DNA from: Entomortierella parvispora E1425
Taxonomy: Eukaryota > Fungi > Mortierellomycota
Length of the DNA stretch: 64,000 nucleotides
Assembly (NCBI GenBank): GCA_020891255.1
Contig: BQFW01000004.1
Span: forward strand, 2,480,001-2,544,000
Direction: 5' to 3'
The notes below the pieces were generated by a model. It was not told where the DNA came from and ran no database searches. It saw only the letters and a program-made list of their open reading frames with translations. Below, in pieces: positions 47,889 through 57,647 of the stretch (positions are counted from its first letter, which is position 1; each line of letters begins with the position of its first letter). The translations under genes and the position numbers were made by a program.

Positions 47889-50085
47889 TTACATCTGACC
47901 CTCCTGCGTTGGCTCATAACTCCAGATTCGAGTACGGGTATCGCCAGAACCTGTCGCAAAGTAGGTGCCCATTGGACTCAACGCCACAGAGATGACTACA
48001 TAGGACAACATACAAAAACGCGTTAATTCAGCATTATGATGCTGGCTTCTTACACCGTCCTCACTTACCAGAATTCTTGTGTCCTTGAAGCATGAACTGA
48101 ACTGCTGTTGTGTTGGGGTCCCAGAATTGGACACCGCGGTCTTTGGATCCTGATACGACCCACTTGCCATCCGGTGATACTGCCACCGAGAGAACAAAGT
48201 CCTGTAGTTTGTTCAGAAAACAAGGATTTTAGCTGTTAGTCTCTATTGTCTCTTGAGGACAACATGACACCCTGAGGAAATGTTGTAATGACTGTACCTT
48301 GTGCCCTGTAAACGTGGCCTTGCATGGTGTCCTTCTCTGCCCACCTTGACCATTGCGTCCACCAATATTCAGATCCCAAGACTTTAAGGTCTTGTCCAAA
48401 CTTCCAGAAATCAGCGTCTTGCCATCGGGAGAGAACACGACACTATACACAGACTCTGTGTGGCCCTGCAACTTCTCCAAGAGCTGACCCGAGTGAATAT
48501 CCCAAACGCGCACCATCTTGTCCAAAGATCCTGCAGCAACAAGGCGACCATCAGGTGAGATAGCGACCGATGTCACGCCTGCGTCCTTGATATCCTCCTC
48601 GCCCACAGTCAAAACATGTAGACATTTGCTGGTCTCCATGTCCCAAACTCTGGCCGTTTGATCTCCAGATCCAGAAACAAGAATCCTGCCATCTCTTGAA
48701 AAATCAAGTGAATAAATATCCTGCTCGTGTCCCTTCAAGATCATTCGAATTTTTTTGCGACCAATCTCCCAAATCTAAAGTGTGTAAGGAGCATGAAAAC
48801 CTGTTAGGATCGAACATCATGGCAAAACTTTAGCAAGGAGCTATAAAATAGGTGGTCCTTACTCTAATTTGCTTGTCTTCTGCTCCAGTGGCGAGGTACT
48901 TTCCGTCTGGACTGAAGCACACTGATCGAATGTACAAATCATCCTTGCCAGCGGTATCGTCAGCGAGAACACTGTGTATGACGAGATTTCAATTAGCTGC
49001 AGGTCCTATTTCTGGTGAACATCCAATGATTCTCAAAAGATATCCACATTGACATACCAGACAGTCTGACCGGTATGAATGTCATAAATTTGGGCGCTCC
49101 TGTTGCATCCTGTGGCAAGGTATTTCCCATCCGCGCTGAAACGTACGCAACAGACAACACTAAAAGAAATGGATCAAATAAAGAGAATTTGAGCAAAAGT
49201 ATCACAACCAAGACGGTAGATGCAGACAAACTCTTTCCTACATACCTTGAGTGTTCCATAGTGTGCACAAGGTCAACCTTCAGTTGCTGGGGGACCTTTG
49301 GGTTGGAACTAATAAAAACATAATAGGACCATTGGTCAGCTTTTGTGCAAAATGAAAAGCTCAAAAGGCTCATATTCTAAGACACAACTTTTCCTTCGTA
49401 CATGGCAAACCAATCTGGTCCCTCTCGCTTCAGTTGAGCAGGGATGTTATCGGGATCGGCGTTCCAATTGTTGGAAGAATCGTTACCACCTCGTGCAGCC
49501 TTCACAACGGCTGTGGGGGTCGATCCAGTAGCTCCAGATTTCCGCTTCACTGCTGTCGATCCTGACTGGGATCCTTGATCATCTCTGCCTTGCATATAAA
49601 GGCCACCCTAACAAAGCTATACTGTCAAAAAAACTGGAGTTGTGCACTGAGGTCTTTTTCCATGTTTTACTTTTAATACCTGTTTTGATGATGCCGGTGC
49701 TGGCACTGGAGAACTGTAGTTAGGACCCATACCAGGAGGAGGTCCGCCAGGGTTGCCGTGAGGAGTAGGGGACATGTTCCCGTACATATTTCCAGGAGCG
49801 CCAGGAGGGGGGATATCGCCTTCAGATTTGAATCTTGCGTTGTCATTTTCGGTTTTGAACCGCTTCTGAGGTTGTCCGTTGTTTCCGTTCATGTAAGGAG
49901 AATGAGGTCCACCTGAGCCCGGAGGCATGTTGGGCCCTCCATAAGGATGTTGCTGACCTTGCTGTTGTTGTTGGATATGCTGTTGCTGCTGCTGGTGATG
50001 CTGCTGCTGTTGAACCTGTTGCAAATGATGATGTTGCTGGGCCTGTTGCTGCTGAGCCTGTTGAAGGGCTTGATGTTGCTGTTGC

Positions 50086-50120
<35 letters not shown>

Positions 50121-50939
50121 GGCTGGATCAACCATTTGCGGGGGGGCAACCAATCCAGGGCCTCCAGGGCCTCCACTGATTATCCCGCCAAAAAGATTTG
50201 AGTGTCCCTGTCCAAGGTTGGGTGGAGGTGGCTGTGCATGCGACAACTGATTTGGCATGTGGACAACTCCTCCACGCTGCTCAACCTCTCGCCTCAGGCG
50301 GCCGATTTCCTCTTCCCACCTATAACGGTCGAAACACAGCAAAGAGACGATGAGATGACTGGGTTAAAAATGCCGATGTGGATGCAGGACAATCTGACTG
50401 TTTTGTCCGTGGGCATCCGATTCAGGTGGGGGTCGGCAGCTGAACTTACATCCGGTACTGAGTCTTCATTGCGTCGTGTTTCCTCTCGAGCTCCATCAGG
50501 GCCCGTTGAAAGGCGACCATTTCCTGAATTTGGTTGTTAACTAAAAACAGATAAAAGGGGGAATCAAGATCAAGAGGTCGCGAGTTAGCAAACAAGGAAC
50601 GCAACCCAGAGCAACGTCGCAATTGTACCGGGCCCAATCCACATTTTTACTGCTGCCCCGAGAGAACCCTGCAGATCAAGCAAGTTCTGTTCTGGGCTTT
50701 TTGGCAGTAGAGCGGCGGGCTCGAATTGAATACTGAAGGCACGACAAGAAAAAGGATTCTTGGTGGGATTGGACAGGGTCCAAAAACATACTTTTGTGTT
50801 CACATTCGTCGCGTTGTGCCTTGGCCACCATGGCTTCATGACTCAAGCTTTCGAATTCTTGCTTGATGAGATCGAGCCATTCAGGCACACCGGCGCTTCT
50901 GCCTGGGACCATGGGTCGATGATTGTAGATGGCAGACAT
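47889..50939 (-). CDS. TUP1: General transcriptional corepressor Tup1 (N-terminal coiled coil, polyQ, WD40), multi-exon
   Basis: [13 protein letters not shown]...QIQEM...[11 protein letters not shown]|[13 protein letters not shown]; [26 protein letters not shown]; [15 protein letters not shown]; [14 protein letters not shown]. Confidence 0.97.
49950..50120 (-). repeat. CAG/CAA polyglutamine tract within TUP1
   Basis: [35 protein letters not shown] in ORF 49617-50342. Confidence 0.9.
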
Positions 50940-51030
50940 TGTTGATTTGAGCTGCGGAGTCTCGGAGTCTCGTCAGTCTGTCCTGATTGATGCTGTTTGA
51001 CCCCCCAGAGAGTTGAGTAGGGCAATCAAG

Positions 51031-51966
51031 CTAAAACCGGGGACGCGTCTTGGTCGTACGTGGGCGGAGGGTGAGAACAGGCGCGCGTGCAAAGAGAAAC
51101 GGCGTTTGGGAGTGAAGAAAGGAGAAGGGTCTTTCTACAAAGAAAAGAGATCTGATCAGGAGGGTTAATCAACCTTGCGAATGAATAAAGGACCGATGGA
51201 TGGATGGATGGATGGAGTGATGTGGTGGCTTGCGGATAGATGAGAGCAGGAGGAGAAAGAAGAAAAGAGGACAGGAAGGAAAGGAAGAAGAGAAGAGAAG
51301 AAAGAGAAGGGGAAAGAGGAAGAGAGGAAAGACAAAAGCGAGGGATTGGCCATGATGAGCATGGCGCATACCCACTCCCTCATCCAATCCCACACGTCTT
51401 TGACCTTCTCCTTCGTCCTGTTTGCTGTGAAGTGAGTGAGGGTGGGTCCGACAGAGGAATAAAAAAGGAGCCAAAGGAGCAAGGCAAACAAAAAACGAGC
51501 GCTTGGACAGAGGACCAACGTGCTTGAAGGTCCCTGCGTCGCGTCGGGACACGGACTGCAAGAGGGACCGTGGTATCATTGTGCAGTGCATTGCGTCTGT
51601 GTGTTTGTTGTGTGTGTTGCATTGGGGGGGGGGGGGGGAAGGGACAGGGAACGAGACAGGGAGAGAGAGATAGAGAGAGATGGATATGGATGGGTGTGGG
51701 TGTGGTGTCTGTGTGGGTGTGGGTGTGAGTGCAGCCCATGTATGTTGTGGTCGTGTTCGTTTTGCAACTGACACGACAGGGGCAAAAGAGACGGACAAAG
51801 CAAAGCAACCAAGAGAGCCCCCTTTGCTTCTCTTTCTCTTCTTTCTTTTCCTCGTGGTCATTCCTTGGATTACACAGAATGACGCGCCCATCGCCACACA
51901 CGCACACGCACACCCGGATTCAGTGGACAGCAAAGAAAGGACATGCAGGCCCATTGACAAACATAC
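51031..51966 (-). other. Putative 936-nt 5'-UTR intron of TUP1
   Basis: GTATGT donor at 51966 after a long minus-strand CT-rich leader; GGTTTTAG acceptor ending at 51031, 91 nt before the ATG. Confidence 0.5.
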
Positions 51967-51989
51967 AATAAAGAAGAGAGAATCAGACC

Positions 51990-52406
51990 GATGTCGATTG
52001 GCCAGCCAGAAAGAGAGAAAGAGAGAAAGAGAGAGAGGGAGAGATGAACGAACAGGTGGAATGAGGAAGAGAGGAAGGAAGGGAAGGAAGGAGAGATGAG
52101 ATGTGAAGAGATGAGAAGAGATGAGAAGGGACAGGAGAGAGGCGGAGGAGTGTGAAAGAGAAGAGAAGAAAGAGAAAGAGAAGAAAGAAAGAGTGTGAAA
52201 GAGAAGGGACGGGGTGTGCAGGACAGGAAAGGGAAGAAAGAGAAAGAGTGTGAAAAAAGAAAGAGAAAGAACACCTGTGCACCTTGCACACCTTGCACAC
52301 CTTGCACACCTTGCTAAAAAAAGGGCCAGGACAAGGACGTGGGTCCCTTTTGGCGGCACGTACTGCACGTTGTGAGTGTAATGTATTGTAATGTGCGCCC
52401 TGTCTT

Positions 52407-52437
<31 letters not shown>

Positions 52438-52630
52438 GTCTCTCTGTCTCTCTGCTCGCTTGCCCTTTCCCTTCCTCCCTTTCCAAGTCGAAGTCCACCC
52501 TGCCTGCTGGACAACTGTGTCCGTCCGTCCACCTCTTTTTTTCTTTTCTTTTCTTTTTTTTTTTTTTTCCTACCTTCATTTCGTCCTCTCCTTTCCTGTA
52601 CATGTACTTTCCTGTCCTTCCTTCCTTCCT
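51990..52630. repeat. Long purine-rich tract (about 51990-52270) followed by a long pyrimidine-rich tract (about 52400-52630) in the divergent TUP1/MNN1 region
   Basis: (AG/AAG)n low-complexity sequence, then (CT/CTT)n low-complexity sequence, directly visible. Confidence 0.85.
52279..52314. repeat. Tandem 9-mer ACCTTGCAC, about 3.8 copies
   Basis: GC ACCTTGCAC ACCTTGCAC ACCTTGCAC ACCTTGC. Confidence 0.95.
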
Positions 52631-53410
52631 TCAAAACAAACAAACAAACAAACACTACGCTTGAGAGCCACAACGCTTCGATCTCGATGATGCCAGTCGC
52701 TCGTTATTTGCTCTTGCTTTGCTCCATGCCCCTGCTGCTCTCAATTTCATCACGCTCAAATCTTTGTCTGCCCTGTCTTTGTCTGCCTGCATGTCAGTCT
52801 AGCTCTGGGTGGGCGACAATCCCTTTTTTGCTCTCCTCACTCACTCTACCACTCTATTCACTTGTTCTCATTCAGGGACCCAAGTAAGCTCCGCCCACTC
52901 GCGCGCGCGCCCGTTTTGCTCTCACTGAAATGACATCTTTGTTCTTCCCCCACTCATTTTATTGCTTGCTCCTCAACGCCCTTGTAAAACCAACCCAAAA
53001 GAAGAAAAAAAACCACCAGCGGACAAACGCTGACCGAGGGAAACACAAGAAAAGGAGCGCCACCCTTCTTTTTTCCTACGCGTGCAAGTCGCGCTCCCTC
53101 GTCTTTTTAGGTGATGTCCCTCCCCTTTGAGAATGGAATGCAACAAACAAACAAAATAATTGTATCCAGGTAGAGCAATAGGGGCACGACCTGCTTCCTC
53201 TTCTTACGGCTCGCTTCTTTTTTTGTTCTTGTTCTTGTTCTTGTTACTCTTTTTTACCTTCCCTCCCACTGTTAGTTTCCTTCACTTTTCCCTTCCTCCT
53301 TCACCCGCCTTTCCACCTGTGTCTTGCTCGCATTCCTATTGCGGCATCTCACTTTACATTTGATCCAGTCCTCCACTCCACAAACACAGAAAGAAAGAAC
53401 GCAAACTCGA

Positions 53411-55526
53411 ATGACAAGGATGCAATCGCTTTCACGCTCACCTATTCTCAAACTCGGGATTGCCCTCGCCGTGAACCTTGGGCTTGTCTTTGTCTGTCAC
53501 CGGTACTGGGCCATCTCCACCGCCCACATCCACCAGCAAGTCCAGAACCAACAGCAGGGGGTCTTTCAACAACAACTTGAACTCCTTCGCGCTCAGCAAG
53601 ACATCAAACTTGAAGAACTTCGGCAACATCTTGATCGCGCTCTAGAACCCCCTGTACAAAAAGCAACATTATTGAATTCATTCAAGGTATTAGAAGCAAC
53701 CCAGTGTCTTTCTTTTTTTTCTTTTCCACTTTTTTTTACTTTGTCATGGGTACGTATCTGTCCCTGCTCAACAACCCTTCTCCTTCACCACCCCCTAAAA
53801 AAATTAGATCGATGATGAAAATCTTCATTTGACGCACGACCTGGCCATCCCTCGCGATATCCCAGCTTGGACGGCCCAAGATACCGCCATGCTTTATACA
53901 ACAATGGGGTTCAACATGATGAATGAACTCTTGAGGAGTGAATACTCCAAAGGCGAGATCCTCAGCAACAAGGAACAGCTCGACTTTTCCCTCAGCAGTC
54001 GTGCAGAACGGACCTATAAATCCCTCTGGCATCACATCCTCCCCATCTATCGATCCATGCCCGGCACCACGTCGCAGGAGAAGGACGACCAACTGTATGA
54101 ATTGTCAAGGTCCAGGGCCGAGATTGACTTCTTCTTTAGACTCGAGCACAAGCTGTACCCTTGGCTGCATCGGAACTTTAGAACCTCCTTTGCCTTGCGC
54201 GACACTTATTCCGGTCGGGGTATTGTCGTCTGTGCTGGTAATAACCAGTTTGAATTCGCGAGCACTTCCATTCAGGCGATCCGGCGTCTCAACAAGGATG
54301 TCCCAATCCAGGTCTTCTACATGGGCAACAATGATCTCTCACCCGAACGACAAACTTTCTTCAGAGAAATGACATCCCATATCGAGGTCGTCGACGTGAC
54401 CACTATTCTCGATAATGATTACATGCAGTTGGGAGGATGGGCCATCAAGGCCTACGCCCTCTTGGCCTCGCGATTTGAGGAGGTCATGTTGGTCGACTCT
54501 GATGCCTTTTTCTTGCGAGTAAGTCCAAAAACGGTCCCTGAGCCGATCCATCTCACTCTCACTCTATTCTCTCTGTTTTTCCGCTCCAGGAGATTGACTC
54601 TTTGGTTTGTTCATTGTATTTTTTGCATATCATTCTGCCAGAACCCTATGGAGCTCTTTGACGACCCAGGCTACAAGGCCATGGGTTCCCTCTTCTTTTA
54701 CGACCGTACCCTCTGGCCCGATTGGACGGCCGGTCCGAACTGGATGCGATCCATGATGCCCATGATGTCGTCGTTCCCACCCCTCTCGCGTTGGTTCAGA
54801 GGCGTGGCCTCTCATGAACAAGAATCAGGTGTGGTCGTCATCAACAAGGGACTTCGCCTCAACGGTCTCTTGGCCGTTTGCAAGATGAACAGCAAGAATG
54901 AACGCGACCTCTGGAGTTATAGAATCTTTTATGGGGACAAGGAGACGTTTTGGGTAGGGTATGAGATGGTGCAGGAACCCTATGCCTTCATGCAGGGCTA
55001 TGGAGGCATCATTGGAGAGATGCGATCGGACCCTCGATTAGATGTTGCGGAAGGAGGCGAGGCATCAGCACCCGCCAAACCTCAGAGGCCGATCGTGAAC
55101 GAGCCTTCAGTCTGTGGCGCTCAATTGCACACGGATCATCAGGGTCGGCCCATGTGGTGGAACGGTGGGTTGATGCGAAACAAGAACGAGGGTTGGAAAC
55201 AAGAATTGGGATTCGATTTCTGGATGGATGGAGGAGGACGTCAACGGCACCGTGAGAGACTTGTCCGGAACGAGGAACTGAAACGCGAGTTGTTGAGGGT
55301 CATGAAGGTCCAGTCCTTGGATGACTTTGAGCAAGAAAAGAAGGACCCAGAGTGGATCTTTGCAGAGAGCTGTCTCTATGGAGAAACGGTGCATGAATTG
55401 GACGCAGAACAAAAAGAGCTGACGAGTGCGTACCTGAGGATCGAGCGTCTTGTCAAGCAAGAGTCTCAAAAGATTGCCGCAGGTCATGCAGTGGATGCCA
55501 AAGTGCACGACTGGGCTTCGATTTAG
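53411..55526 (+). CDS. Alpha-mannosyltransferase, Mnn1/Mnt (GT71) family, type II membrane protein, 3 exons
   Basis: N-terminal TM LGIALAVNLGLVFVC and coiled stem; GRGIVVCAG; GWAIKAYALLASRFEEVMLVDSDAFFL (DxD); QESGVVVINK; YGDKETFW. Mnn1 versus Mnn2 subgroup is not resolved. Confidence 0.9.
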
Positions 55527-56063
55527 TTGGATTATACATAAATTACCTTCATCCTCTCCCCCCCCCCCCCAAGTTCTTTTTCAAACAACTACCGCTAGAC
55601 GGATGCCTTTTACTCTTCACACCTGAATAAATTGTCATGTCGAAGCAATACAAAGAGACATGTCCGATATGCACCAGGGTAGAAGATGATCAAAAGAAGA
55701 GTAGGGGGGAACGAAAAGAAAAAAGAGGCCAAAGGATGCCGAGAAAGACGCTCTAGGCAAGGCGGGAAGCGTCTTTATTCCATTCTGATCCAAGACTCCG
55801 GGAAGCACAAGAATGTCGTGGCGCGCACCACAGCGAATTGGAGAAAAGGGGGAGGGACAATGTCAGGTCTATGGAAGGTCTGTGCGTTGACTCTTTTTTT
55901 CTTTTCTTGGTGTTTTTGTCCACATTCCTTTTTTTTCCTTTCTTTTTCATTTTCCTCTTGTCATTGTGTTTCCATCAGCTCGACCACCTCGACTTTCGAC
56001 TAGATTCCCCTTCCACTCGCCCTTCATACCCGGAACTTGTACAGGACGTTAAAAAAACCAGCA

Positions 56064-57487
56064 ATGGTGCCTATGGTAGACAACAAGACTTGGTCCAACA
56101 ATACAAAGCTGGCTCAGGAGATGAAGGCTTCAGGACCCTCCTTATCAACCCGAAGGAGGACGTGGCATCTTGCGCCAGTTGCAATCATGTCGACCTTGGT
56201 AAGAAAAACACCTGCTGCGAATTCTCGCCGGATCATCTCAGTCCCCCACCCCCCACCCCCTCGGGAAAATTCAGGACCTCAAAAACTTCTTTTGCTAAAA
56301 CTGCTGCTTCTTGCACATCGACTGTTTAGATCCCAGCCTGTGTCTGGTTTATCCAACATGTCCTCCGAGGATCAGACAGTGGACGCTTCAGTGGCCGCCA
56401 TGGTGAGATTGATGTCATTCCCGGGATCCTCTCCTTCCGCCGTCTTGGCCTCAGTGACGACCTACCACCCTCACAAAAGGAGCTTTATAATCAAAAGGCA
56501 GAGGTTCATGACAACAGGCCCAGTCTGGTTCCGACATTGACTCTGGAATTCGAGGGAATTTCGCTCACGGTGGTCATCGTCTCCATCGTGGGTGTCTTTG
56601 CTTTTATCAAGGGCTGTCGAAAGTTGCTGCAATCGGTAAACACGAAACAAAAGAGATTCAACGATGCACGACGCCTTTTTTTTGCCCTTTTCCTCAACTC
56701 ACTCTACTCTTGTAATGCTTTGTTGTTGTTAGTACCTGATCTGTGTCATCATCACCGTCCTCATTCAAGCGAGCATCATGGTCCACCAGTTCCTGTTGAG
56801 CACACGATGGATTGATGACACCTTGGACCAGTCCTGGAATCGTGCCTATGAATCCGATCCAGAGCTGGTTATGGGCTTGCAGAACGAGGTAAGAAAAGAT
56901 ACATGCAATAGAAATGAAAGGAGAAGCGTATCGACGATTATGATCTCTTTTTTTTTATGCCTCCTTTCCACTTGGAAAAAAAAAAGACCTTGAAGCTCAA
57001 CTGCAACTCTTTTTTCCCCCCTTTTTTTTTTGACTTTCAAAAAAAAAAACAAGTTCAACTGTAGAGGATTCAACCATTTCCAGGATCGCGCCGTTGACTT
57101 TATTCATGGAGAAGATATGATAGACCACATGGCTCTGATGCCTTGCAGCGAGGTCTTGAAGGCAACGTTCGGCAAGCGAATGCGGCACTTGGGAACGGTC
57201 TTGCTTTGTATTCGTCTGATTCAGGTGAGAATGAACTCTCTATCTCCATCCACACCACCCAATGTCCACATGTCCTCCCGTGTGGTAGGAGTGCTTTTTT
57301 TCTGACCATCCTCTCTCTTGTCTATCTGCAGTTGGCCGGAGTACTTTCACTTGCAACCTTGATTGTGTACTTGTCAGACATGGATCAGGAAGACCGAGAA
57401 ATGGAGGAACAAGAACAGGAGCTCGCAGACGAGAAGGAGGTGCTTGTATCACTCACCCTGGATGTCAAACAGAACGACAAGCCATAA
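56064..57487 (+). CDS. Tetraspanin-like four-TM protein with divergent EC2, 5 exons
   Basis: Spliced TM1 WHLAPVAIMSTL|IPACVWFI; TM2 ISLTVVIVSIVGVFAFI; TM3 YLICVIITVLIQASIMV; EC2 LDQSWNRAYESDPELVMGLQNE|FNCRGF...PCSEVLK; TM4 LGTVLLCIRLIQ|LAGVLSLATLIVYL. Confidence 0.7.
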
Positions 57488-57647
57488 AAGTCGGTCCTCT
57501 CCCTCTCTCTCAATTAAAAACTTGTATAATAGCCTTGCATTTGACTTTGTGGAAATGATATTTTAATGTACATGGATGCAGGAAAGGAGAGGAAAGGAAA
57601 GGATATATCAGCACAAGGGCAAAAAGTATGGATTCAAGGATGGTTGT

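Noticed and set aside
51169-52887. 399-aa, 206-aa, 182-aa and other ORFs in the TUP1-MNN1 interval
   Set aside because: Products of stop-poor AG/CT microsatellite DNA (Leu/Ser/Phe or Arg/Glu/Lys runs) with no domain signal.
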